Below are positions 9,705 to 18,481 of a stretch of 45,239 bases of DNA, in pieces (position 1 is the first letter of the stretch; each line of letters opens with the position of its first letter). The stretch covers positions 5,028 to 50,266 of the forward strand of contig CAZSUV010000004.1 of assembly GCA_964610125.1 (NCBI GenBank). The letters run 5' to 3'. Source of the DNA: an uncultured Candidatus Saccharibacteria bacterium. GTDB lineage: Bacteria; Patescibacteriota; Dojkabacteria; SC72. The notes below the pieces were generated by a model that ran no database searches, was not told the origin of the DNA, and saw only the letters and a list, made by a program, of their open reading frames with translations. The position numbers and the translations under genes are program-made.

Positions 9705-10250
9705 ATGAAGCATTTCTGGTGCTATTTGAAGAAAATGGTCGATGTGTGGGTAGCTACCATATTCTTTGTGGTCGATTTGGCTGGGATTTTGTTAGTTTAT
9801 ATCAAAGGTGGAAATGATGTAGTAAAAATTATATTGACGGTAGGTTTAATTCCAAGTTTAATATGGGCTGGTTATAAAGTTTATTCTGATGCAACTAAAC
9901 ATGGTTTGTCTATTGCGCTAAAGCATAAACCTGTATCACACACGCGAGTTTTATCAGTTTACAATGGGAGTGATTTTGATATATCCGATGTTCAAATACA
10001 TGTAGAATGGCGTCAGGAAGATGGACCACAAGAAAGGGACCTCCGAAACTTTCTTCCAGCAAATTCAAATATGGTCATGGATTCCCCCTCTGAATTAGAA
10101 GTTCTAATAAAAGGACAGACGTATTGGTCAAACGATTGTCCTCATCACTCAGTTGATGGAAAAATGAAGATTATAATTACGGGAATGAATATGACGAACC
10201 AAGAACGTATTAAATACGAAGAGAATATTTCTTGCCCAACACCACAATAA
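9705..10250 (+). CDS. Hypothetical protein (2 TM plus soluble domain)
   Basis: 181-aa ORF directly after tmRNA; no recognisable motif. Confidence 0.7.
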   Translation: MKHFWCYLKKMVDVWVATIFFVVDLAGILLVYIKGGNDVVKIILTVGLIPSLIWAGYKVYSDATKHGLSIALKHKPVSHTRVLSVYNGSDFDISDVQIHVEWRQEDGPQERDLRNFLPANSNMVMDSPSELEVLIKGQTYWSNDCPHHSVDGKMKIIITGMNMTNQERIKYEENISCPTPQ

Positions 10251-10273
10251 TAAATAAATCCTCTTATTTGGCT

Positions 10274-11086
10274 TTATTCCACCACCTTCATACTCTTCAA
10301 TATATCATCAACCTTTAATAACTCATCTCCCGTTATTGTTGTATTAAAACCATAGAAATATGCCTGATATAGATTATTAGTCTCATCGGTATATGTTAAC
10401 CCCTCAAAAGTAACAACAACATTAAAACATGGAGCCTCAAAATAGTTATTCCCTTCCTCATCATCAAGATAAATCTTAGTAGCAATTCTTCTAACAGTCC
10501 TACCCAAAACCTCATATTCAAAGTATGGCATACTACTAAAATTGTTAATATTCATCTCATCACCCATCTCGTCAGCAGAAGCCTGAGCCTGTGCTCTGTA
10601 TGCTGGATTATCATCAGCAAATGCATAGTACTCACTACAACCAGCAAAACCAATACCATTAACACCAGCAAGGTAGAACATGGAAGTATTACTAGCATTA
10701 AATATCTTAATACCAGTTAAGCCCTTGTATTCAGGACCCTCTGAAAGATATTCGGTACCCTGACCATCATAATATTCCTGCATAGTCCAACCTTCTGGTA
10801 GGGTAGCAGTAACGGTCTCTCCTGTGAATGTAGTTGTAGTAGCTGCAACAGTTGTGTCATCTGTTTTCTTTTCCTCTGTCTTTTCAGTAGAAGTATCATT
10901 CTTACTCAAGAAAGGAATCTGTATATATTCTTTCTCGTAAGCAATATATACAAGTAAACCAACCACTATCAATGCAAGACATATACACAAAGCAACTAAA
11001 CCACCATTAGATTTTGATTTAGGTTTAGAAGCAGTTTGTGGAGTAGGGGTAGGTGTATCCATCGTACCATTTGGGACAGTATCCAT
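10274..11086 (-). CDS. Hypothetical single-pass surface protein
   Basis: Likely start at MDTVPNG (11086); Pro/Thr-rich N-terminus, one TM, Thr/Glu linker and extracellular domain. Confidence 0.75.
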   Translation of the reverse strand: MDTVPNGTMDTPTPTPQTASKPKSKSNGGLVALCICLALIVVGLLVYIAYEKEYIQIPFLSKNDTSTEKTEEKKTDDTTVAATTTTFTGETVTATLPEGWTMQEYYDGQGTEYLSEGPEYKGLTGIKIFNASNTSMFYLAGVNGIGFAGCSEYYAFADDNPAYRAQAQASADEMGDEMNINNFSSMPYFEYEVLGRTVRRIATKIYLDDEEGNNYFEAPCFNVVVTFEGLTYTDETNNLYQAYFYGFNTTITGDELLKVDDILKSMKVVE

Positions 11087-11105
11087 AGTGTATATATAAT
11101 ATAAT

Positions 11106-11351
11106 TTAATTATTAACAGGGCATGCCATAAGGGTACAGACAACCTGACCATTACTACATGCACACGAATTACAACCATCAGAAGATTTAAACTGTTCAC
11201 CATCAGCATATGACCAACCATTGTATGGACATCTAGCTTTCTGTTGAGAAATGGTATTGAAATATACAATGTAACTAATCAAACCAAGGATAATAGTACA
11301 GAGGGTAATACATAGGGCAATTAGAAAATCATGTCTTTTATTCTCTTCCAT
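11106..11351 (-). CDS. Small membrane-anchored Cys-rich protein (pacifastin/VWC-like domain)
   Basis: One TM followed by C-x18-CNSCAC-SN-G-QVV-CTLMAC. Confidence 0.8.
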   Translation of the reverse strand: MEENKRHDFLIALCITLCTIILGLISYIVYFNTISQQKARCPYNGWSYADGEQFKSSDGCNSCACSNGQVVCTLMACPVNN

Positions 11352-11365
11352 ATTTCTAGTATATA

Positions 11366-13141
11366 TTATTTCCCTACAAAACGAGAATACATTTCAAAGT
11401 ACAAACCTTTAAGTGCTAAAAGCTCTTTGTGAGTGCCTTTCTCAAGTATAGTATTGTCTTTAATCAATATGATTTGATCTGCATTAAATATCGTACTTAG
11501 TCTGTGTGCAATTATAAATGTAGTTTTCCCTTTGCATGCTTTTTCAATCGCACTCTGAAGCATCTTTTCGGACTTAGTATCAATCCTTGCAGTAGCTTCA
11601 TCAAGTATTAAAATCTTTGGTTCTCTAAGAAGAATTCTGGCAAGGGCTATAATCTGCCTTTGCCCAGCACTGATCTCACTACTTTCGGAACTAATCTTAG
11701 TTTCCAATCCTTCCGGTAGGGAGGTAATGAAAGCTTCTGTTCCCAGATCTTTAAATACCTGCAAAGCTTGTTCTCGAGTAATCTTAGGATTGTTGTACTT
11801 CAAGTTGTTGAGGATTGTATCTTCAAACAAGAAGGTATCTTGTATGAGGTAACCAATATTCTTTCTCAATGCTTCTAAATCCCATTCCTTAATATCCTTT
11901 CCATCAACATATATCGTTCCATTATCAGTATCATACAAACGCGCAATGAGGTTCACGAAGGTTGTTTTACCTGCACCAGTAGGGCCAACTATAGCGATGG
12001 TTTGGCCTGCATCTATTTTGAAATTTACATCTGAGAGCACCTTTTCATTTTCGACATATGCAAAATCTACATCCTTAAATTCAACACTTCCAGTTACAGT
12101 CTTAGGTGTATATGGAAGAGCAGGGGTAGATATATCACTTTCAAGCTCCATGACGTCGCTCAATCTCTCTGCAGATGCCATTCCCGTCTTTATGGTTCTC
12201 CATATCTCCGCTATCTCCATGACCTTCTGTAGGAGGTCTTGGATGTAGGAGAGTATAAGGATAACGGTACCAATGGTTATGATTGTTTTAGCATACAAAT
12301 TTAACGATGTCATTAAGATAGCACATACAGCAATTACACTGAGGAAGGTAAGGATTGCTTTTGAAGAGGCAGATATTAAAGTGACTCTTTTCATGGTGGT
12401 GTAGTAGGATTTAGTTTTCTCCTGGAAGTTTTTAGTCCAACTCTTCTGCTGATTGGTGGATTGTATTGCTACAAAACCATCCAGGGATTCTTGAACATTA
12501 GCACTAATATTTCCTTCTTTCTTTAACGATTCGGTAATTGGTTTTTCAATTATTCTTCCCTGGATAGCTATGTAAATTATCATTACAAATGCTCCACCAA
12601 GTGCTATGTAACCGATGATATTACTTTGAAGGAATATGGAAATTAATATTATGACTACAGAGAAGACGATATCTAAAAGTCTAATGATTCCCTCTGAAAA
12701 GAAGGAGCTAAGGGTATCAACATTTCCTGTTAATCTTTGAATGATATCTCCAGATTGGTTGTCAGAGAAGAATCTACTAGGGAGGGTTTGAATTTTGTTA
12801 AAAAGTTCTTTTCGAATATTGAAAAGAATATTTTGACCAAGTTTCCCAGTAAAGAAGAGCCGAATGTAACTAAGTATGAGGTAGATTATTCCAAGTCCTA
12901 CGAATATGAGGGTAGTTTGAGTTAATCCTGCTAGATCCTTGTTGGTGATATTTACATCTATAGCCTGTTTAAGTAATCGAGGTAGTATTGCATTTCCAAG
13001 AATGGTGGCAATGAGTAAGCATAGAGATATTAATATGAATGGAAAGAGATATGGTTTTACATGTCTTAATACAAGCTTAAGCCCTTTGTTGTAATCCACA
13101 TTCTCATCTAATTGTAGGTTGTATTTTTGATTTTTACTCAT
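11366..13141 (-). CDS. ABC exporter subunit (TMD-NBD, consensus Walker B/H-loop)
   Basis: GPTGAGKT, ISAGQRQ, ILDEAT and IAHRLST. The start at 13141 overlaps the end of the upstream partner. Confidence 0.93.
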   Translation of the reverse strand: MSKNQKYNLQLDENVDYNKGLKLVLRHVKPYLFPFILISLCLLIATILGNAILPRLLKQAIDVNITNKDLAGLTQTTLIFVGLGIIYLILSYIRLFFTGKLGQNILFNIRKELFNKIQTLPSRFFSDNQSGDIIQRLTGNVDTLSSFFSEGIIRLLDIVFSVVIILISIFLQSNIIGYIALGGAFVMIIYIAIQGRIIEKPITESLKKEGNISANVQESLDGFVAIQSTNQQKSWTKNFQEKTKSYYTTMKRVTLISASSKAILTFLSVIAVCAILMTSLNLYAKTIITIGTVILILSYIQDLLQKVMEIAEIWRTIKTGMASAERLSDVMELESDISTPALPYTPKTVTGSVEFKDVDFAYVENEKVLSDVNFKIDAGQTIAIVGPTGAGKTTFVNLIARLYDTDNGTIYVDGKDIKEWDLEALRKNIGYLIQDTFLFEDTILNNLKYNNPKITREQALQVFKDLGTEAFITSLPEGLETKISSESSEISAGQRQIIALARILLREPKILILDEATARIDTKSEKMLQSAIEKACKGKTTFIIAHRLSTIFNADQIILIKDNTILEKGTHKELLALKGLYFEMYSRFVGK

Positions 13142-14855
13142 CGTAGTTACTTTGTGACAATTCAATTTCTCGATACAGAGAAGATGTTTTTAGAAGCTCG
13201 TCGTGTGTACCAGATTCGGAGATTTTTCCTTCATCGAAGATATATATTCGATCACAATCCTTTAAGGAAGAGATCTTTTGACTTACAAGAATCATTGAGA
13301 TATTTGGATAGTTCTTTTTAATATTTTCAAATACTCTTCCCTCTGTATTTGCATCTAATCTACTGGTTATATCATCTAATATGAGTAGGGAGGGATGGTC
13401 TACTAAAGCTCTTGCAATCATAACTCTTTGTTTTTGTCCTCCAGAGAGGTTGGATCCTTTTTCTCCAGCCATGGTCTTATATCCGTTTTCTAATTTCTTT
13501 GTAAATTCATCGACATCTGCGATTCTTGCTGCTTTGAGAATATCTTTCTCTTTAATGTCTCTTCCAAAGCGTATGTTCTCATATATTGTTTCGTTAATGA
13601 GAAAATTTTCTTGGAAGCAGAACCCTATTTCTTTTCTAAGATCATGTGCTTTGTACTCTTTAATATCCTTTCCATTGATTAATATCTCTCCATCTGTAGG
13701 ATCAATTGCACGAAGGAAGTGCTTGAGGAAGAGGGTCTTCCCTGATCCGGTCAATCCCATGATTCCAATCTTCTGATTCTTTTCTAAATCAAAATTGATG
13801 TTCTCTAATATGTTTATATCCTCATCTTCAAATGAGAGGTTCTTTATATGTACGTCATTTATTCTTTCTAAGGGTTCTTTTCCATCTTTGAAATCGATAT
13901 CGCTATCCAAAACCTCACTTATTCTCTTTAATGACGCCATTGCTTGTCCTAGCATTGTAGCCATGAAGCTTAGGGAGATGAGAGGCATAATGAAGATGAG
14001 AACGTAGAGATTGAAAGCTGAAATGTCTCCGATTTGTAATCTTCCAGCAATAGCTTCTTGTCCACCTACTTGTATGATGAGTAGGGAACAGATGTAGAAG
14101 AGTGCGCTTATGGCTGGTATGACTAAGGCAAAGATCTTTGTTACCTCTATTCCTAGATTTCTAGAAAGGGTGTTTTGAGTTTTGAACTTTTTAATTTCAG
14201 TTTTCTCTGCTACAAATACTCTTACGAGCATTGATGCTTTTACATTCTCATTTATGACCTTGTTTAGGTTGTCTCTTACTTTTTGTATTTCATTAAAGAT
14301 TTTGAATTTGTTTTTGATGACTAAGAAGAGGATGGCTACAAATGTTGGGACTGCGATTACTACATATGCTGCAAGTTTTGCATTTAGAGAGAACATCATG
14401 ACTACACTCCCTATGAGTAAAACTATCCCTGTGATTGCGAAGGCTATGGTTTGTGTGAATGAGGATTTAACAAAATTAACATCACTGAGAATTACGGTTA
14501 ATATTTTAGATGGTTTTTCTTTTACAAGGTAGTTGTAACCTTGTTTTAGAACTTTTTCCATTAATCGGTTTCGAAGGTCTGTTCCGATTTTCTCTCCTAG
14601 CAAAGTGAAGAGGTAGTTTTGTATGAGGGATGCTGCAGGGGAGAGTATGGCTAATGCTCCCACTATGATGTAGAAAGTTGTTGAGATTTGTAGTGTGACC
14701 TGATATTCGTTTATGACACTTGAAACAATCTTTGGGATTGCGAGATTCAAGAGGTTTAGGATTACCAGAAATATTAAGGAGCCTACAAAAAGGAGGACAT
14801 ATTCTTTACTGGTGGCGTATTTCTTTAAGACTGTTAGTGGATTTTTGGTTTGCAT
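13134..14855 (-). CDS. ABC exporter subunit (TMD-NBD, degenerate site)
   Basis: GLTGSGKT and LSGGQKQR; LILDD and SQK replace the catalytic E and H, as in heterodimeric multidrug exporters. Confidence 0.93.
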   Translation of the reverse strand: MQTKNPLTVLKKYATSKEYVLLFVGSLIFLVILNLLNLAIPKIVSSVINEYQVTLQISTTFYIIVGALAILSPAASLIQNYLFTLLGEKIGTDLRNRLMEKVLKQGYNYLVKEKPSKILTVILSDVNFVKSSFTQTIAFAITGIVLLIGSVVMMFSLNAKLAAYVVIAVPTFVAILFLVIKNKFKIFNEIQKVRDNLNKVINENVKASMLVRVFVAEKTEIKKFKTQNTLSRNLGIEVTKIFALVIPAISALFYICSLLIIQVGGQEAIAGRLQIGDISAFNLYVLIFIMPLISLSFMATMLGQAMASLKRISEVLDSDIDFKDGKEPLERINDVHIKNLSFEDEDINILENINFDLEKNQKIGIMGLTGSGKTLFLKHFLRAIDPTDGEILINGKDIKEYKAHDLRKEIGFCFQENFLINETIYENIRFGRDIKEKDILKAARIADVDEFTKKLENGYKTMAGEKGSNLSGGQKQRVMIARALVDHPSLLILDDITSRLDANTEGRVFENIKKNYPNISMILVSQKISSLKDCDRIYIFDEGKISESGTHDELLKTSSLYREIELSQSNYDE

Positions 14856-14864
14856 AGACCGTCA

Positions 14865-15263
14865 TTATACTCCAAGAAGAGTGGCTATGTAATATCCTGC
14901 TATTGAGGTAAGAACAGAGACTGTTGTTCCCCAGATTACGTCTATGATTGTTATGGATACAGGCCAATTTTTTAATGTTGCTAGATTGGTTAGATCGTAT
15001 GTGGAGTAGGAGAGCATTCCAAAGAGGGCTCCTAACATTATGGTTTTCCAAATATTTTGTGATTCATATCCTGGTAATACTGCAAAGATTATTACTCCTA
15101 TTACAAATATGAGGTAGAAGATGAGTGCAGGGAATAGGTTTGGTTTTGGAGCCATGAGGTGTCCTATCTTTTTAGAATAGTTTGGAGCTGAGAATTTCAA
15201 CCAAAGGAAATCTATGGCAAAGAAGACAATGGTTGTTAAAAGGTAAAGGTATATGTAGTTCAT
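14865..15263 (-). CDS. DUF2177-like membrane protein
   Basis: IDFLWL, ALIFY, YSTYDLTNLATLKNW and IDVIWGT pattern. Confidence 0.8.
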   Translation of the reverse strand: MNYIYLYLLTTIVFFAIDFLWLKFSAPNYSKKIGHLMAPKPNLFPALIFYLIFVIGVIIFAVLPGYESQNIWKTIMLGALFGMLSYSTYDLTNLATLKNWPVSITIIDVIWGTTVSVLTSIAGYYIATLLGV

Positions 15264-15333
15264 AGTTATATTCGATTAGGTTATATCTTTATTCTACCAT
15301 TTTGTTTGAAGGAAGGGTTTGGTAAAATATATT

Positions 15334-16317
15334 ATGCAAATTCGAAATGATTTATATGGAGATTTTGATATCACGGAAGAAGTTCTAATCGAACTCATAA
15401 ACTCCAAAGCTATTCAAAGACTTAAAGGTATAGATCAAGCTGGATATTCCAAAGTTTTCTACGTTAGCTCGAGGAATAGGTATGATCATACAATCGGGGT
15501 TTTTCTTCTTTTAAGAAAGTATGAAGCTTCTTTGGAAGAACAAATTGCAGGACTTTTGCACGATGTATCACACTACGCGTTCTCTCATGCGATCGACTAT
15601 ATTTTGCAAGAGGGGAATATAGATAAGCAGGATTTGCAAGATAGAAGTAAGAAGAAGTTCCTACTGAGTTCAGATATTCCGCAAATCTTAGAAAAATATG
15701 GGTATGATGTTGAGAGAGTTGCAGATGAAGAGCATTTTCCGATGTTGGAAACATCCTTACCGGACGTTTGTGCAGATAGATTGGACTATTCCCTAAAGGA
15801 TATAGTTATTCTTTTAAAGAAGAATGTTGAAGAGGTTAAGGATATAATTAGTCATCTGAAGTTGAACGATGCTAAGAAATGGTATTTTGATGATGTAGAA
15901 GTGGGATATGCATTTGCTAAATATTTTAAAGAATTAAATGATGATCACTATTCTGGTTTAGTTAGCGCAGCAATGTTTAAGAGTATTAAGGATTTCATAA
16001 AGTATTCATTAGAGAAGGGATATATTGAAGAGATAGATTTGGAGAAAGAAGATCAGTATGTGATAGATAAATGTTTGAAATATATAGAGAAGGACAAGGA
16101 ATTAAAGAAATATTGGGAGAGGATGAATAGCAAGGATTGCTTCTATGCGGATGAAAATAACTTTGAAGAAATAATATATTGTAAATCTAGAGTAGTTGAT
16201 CCTTTGTGTTTAGTTAACAATGAGTTGAAGAGAGTATCTGATGTTTATAAAGAATGGGGAAAGATAGTGAAAGAAGAGACTGTTGTTAAGAAGCATTTTC
16301 TTACCCCAAATGGTTAA
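15334..16317 (+). CDS. HD-domain phosphohydrolase
   Basis: QRLKGIDQ, RYDHTIGV, LLHDVSH and ADRLDY; ATG 15334 preferred as start. Confidence 0.88.
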   Translation: MQIRNDLYGDFDITEEVLIELINSKAIQRLKGIDQAGYSKVFYVSSRNRYDHTIGVFLLLRKYEASLEEQIAGLLHDVSHYAFSHAIDYILQEGNIDKQDLQDRSKKKFLLSSDIPQILEKYGYDVERVADEEHFPMLETSLPDVCADRLDYSLKDIVILLKKNVEEVKDIISHLKLNDAKKWYFDDVEVGYAFAKYFKELNDDHYSGLVSAAMFKSIKDFIKYSLEKGYIEEIDLEKEDQYVIDKCLKYIEKDKELKKYWERMNSKDCFYADENNFEEIIYCKSRVVDPLCLVNNELKRVSDVYKEWGKIVKEETVVKKHFLTPNG

Positions 16318-16323
16318 TCTTTT

Positions 16324-17313
16324 CTATTTCACCATTAATTCTCGTTTCAAACCTTGGCTTGCACCATTTATCCATTCTTCTGTTTCTGCATTTTTTTGAC
16401 CGTTGATAAATTTTTCCTTGTATCCACCAAGTAAAGTCATAACTTTAACTGCAAGTGTGTACACGTACAGGTTTTCTTTTTCTTCTTTGGTTAATGGATT
16501 AAATTTACTATATATATCGGCTACTTCTAGAGTTATGCTTTTCAAATTTTTTCCATATTTATTGTTGTGTAAAAGATTCGCAGATATAACAGCTAACTCT
16601 TGTATTCGTGGATAGTAATTAGAAACAGAGAAATCAATTGGATATATTTTCCCGTCGTCACCCTTTATGAGGTTTGCTTTATGTAAATCTCCATGCACAA
16701 AACAGTGTGGTAGTGTCTCTATTGGAATATTTTTAAATTTTCCAATAATAGCAGCAACTATATTTTGTTCTTCTAGTGGAAGGTATTTCGTAACTGATTC
16801 ACTTAAACTTTCAATATTTTGTACTGCCCACGTATCGTTGACGTATGAGGGCTTGTAATCAATATTGTTAATTATGGAAGCCTGTCTTAAAACTTCAGTA
16901 ATGTCTGATCTTGAGATAAGGCCAAGTTCACCAAAAGTTTTTCCCTCAATATAATCCATAAGTACCATTGAAAGATTTCCATTCTCATTATAATGATGTA
17001 CGTACTGCCCATTTTGGGTCTTTAGAAGACTAGGGTGATTTACTCCTGCGGCCATAACGTTTGTCATGATTTCTGAATATCGTGCAATCGTTTGATCATC
17101 AATATCTGAGGCAAAGATTTTCGCGACATATTCGCCATTTTGTGCCACAATATCCACATTGTAGTCTTCATATCCAGAATAAATAGTAGAGAAACCTTCA
17201 GCATCGCCAACGGAATAGGCATTGCAGATATCTATAATTACTGGAGCCAAAGGCCCCTTGTAGTCTATTCGGTCATGAATGGTTTTTGTTTCAGGAACTT
17301 GTTCTTGGGTCAT
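16324..17313 (-). CDS. Aminoglycoside phosphotransferase/type II homoserine kinase family protein
   Basis: YVAKIF, MDYIEG, HGDLHKAN and IDF kinase motifs. Confidence 0.85.
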   Translation of the reverse strand: MTQEQVPETKTIHDRIDYKGPLAPVIIDICNAYSVGDAEGFSTIYSGYEDYNVDIVAQNGEYVAKIFASDIDDQTIARYSEIMTNVMAAGVNHPSLLKTQNGQYVHHYNENGNLSMVLMDYIEGKTFGELGLISRSDITEVLRQASIINNIDYKPSYVNDTWAVQNIESLSESVTKYLPLEEQNIVAAIIGKFKNIPIETLPHCFVHGDLHKANLIKGDDGKIYPIDFSVSNYYPRIQELAVISANLLHNNKYGKNLKSITLEVADIYSKFNPLTKEEKENLYVYTLAVKVMTLLGGYKEKFINGQKNAETEEWINGASQGLKRELMVK

Positions 17314-17326
17314 AGTTTTACGAATA

Positions 17327-17415
17327 CGGAGAGGGCGGGATTCGAACCCGCGATAGGTTTTAACGCCTATGACTCGTTAGCAGTGAGTTCCCTTCGGCCT
17401 CTCGGGCACCTCTCC
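17327..17415 (-). tRNA. tRNA-Ser(GCT)
   Basis: Minus strand reads GGAGAGGTGCCCGAG...ACTCA-CT GCT AA-CGAGT, long variable arm, GTTCGAATCC, ...CCTCTCCG. Confidence 0.95.
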
Positions 17416-17466
17416 ATATAACGTCGTAATTATAATCTATTTAATCCATTTGTGCTACAATAAACT

Positions 17467-18336
17467 ATGTATTACGGAATTCATGCATCCTCTGCAGGAG
17501 GAATAGAAAACACCATAAAATTGGCTCAAAAATATGGAGTCAATGCAATCCAGATAATGCCAACCATACCAATGAGATGGGCAACCAAACTCTTACCAGA
17601 GGAAATGATTCAGGATTTTGTTAATGAATTAGAAAAATCTGATGTAAAGAAGATCCTTCTACACGGAATATATCTCACCAACTTAGCTAGAGAAGACAAA
17701 CAAATGTTCCATTTAGGAAAGATGGGATTAGTAGTTTACTTAGACTTTGCAGAAAGAGTAGCTAATGAAATTAAAAAGAGAAAAATTGATGCAGAAATCC
17801 TGGGAGTATGTTTTCACCCAGGTGCACAAAAAGAACTATCGTATGAAGACAGTATGGAACGAATATCATATGGAATACAGTGGGTGTTAGATGAAGTACC
17901 AGGAATACAAAAACTCTTGATTGAAAGCACTGCAGGCACAGGTGGAACATTAGGAAGAAGTTTTACAGAGTTGGGAATATTAAGAAACAAGGTAGAAAAC
18001 AAAGAACGAGTAGGATTTGTCGTAGATACAGAACATACATATGCAGCAGGGTATGATTGGGTTAACAATCTTGATGGAGTAATGGAAGATTTGGACAGGG
18101 AGATAGGCATAGAAAATATTAAGGCAATACATCTGAATGATTCTGCAGTAGAATTAGGTAGTAACAAGGACAGACATGCCAATCTCGGAGAAGGAAAGAT
18201 AGGGGAGGAAGCGATTAAAAAGATTTTACATGAACCAAAATTCAAGGAAATGCCATTCATAATGGAGACCCCAGGATTGAAAGATTCTGAATCTACACTT
18301 AAAGAAGTAGAGATGTTAAAGAAATTAATTAATTAA
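17467..18336 (+). CDS. nfo: Endonuclease IV (AP endonuclease)
   Basis: GIHAS, HGIYLTNL, FHPG, ESTAG, DTEH..AAGYD, HLNDS, DRHANLGEG and ETP. Confidence 0.93.
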   Translation: MYYGIHASSAGGIENTIKLAQKYGVNAIQIMPTIPMRWATKLLPEEMIQDFVNELEKSDVKKILLHGIYLTNLAREDKQMFHLGKMGLVVYLDFAERVANEIKKRKIDAEILGVCFHPGAQKELSYEDSMERISYGIQWVLDEVPGIQKLLIESTAGTGGTLGRSFTELGILRNKVENKERVGFVVDTEHTYAAGYDWVNNLDGVMEDLDREIGIENIKAIHLNDSAVELGSNKDRHANLGEGKIGEEAIKKILHEPKFKEMPFIMETPGLKDSESTLKEVEMLKKLIN

Positions 18337-18343
18337 AAATATT

Positions 18344-18481
18344 ATGAAAAAGATTACAAAGACCAAGCTAACCAATCTTCTAAAAGAAACACCAAGCCCT
18401 AAGTTAATGCTTGTTGTAACAGGCGGAATCATTCTCGCGCTCATTGCCTACATAACCATTTTACTTCTATCCATGCGATAG
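18344..18481 (+). CDS. Small single-TM protein (45 aa; below ORF-track cutoff)
   Basis: MKKITKTKLTNLLKETPSPKLMLVVTGGIILALIAYITILLLSMR. It fills the nfo-helicase gap and its TAG overlaps the helicase GTG. Confidence 0.6.
   Translation: MKKITKTKLTNLLKETPSPKLMLVVTGGIILALIAYITILLLSMR

Noticed and set aside
11087-11269. N-terminal extension of the 331-aa ORF (10274..11269)
   Set aside because: It overlaps the Cys-rich gene in another frame; ATG 11086 gives a clean architecture.
17140-17421. 93-aa plus-strand ORF
   Set aside because: It is antisense to tRNA-Ser and the kinase gene start.
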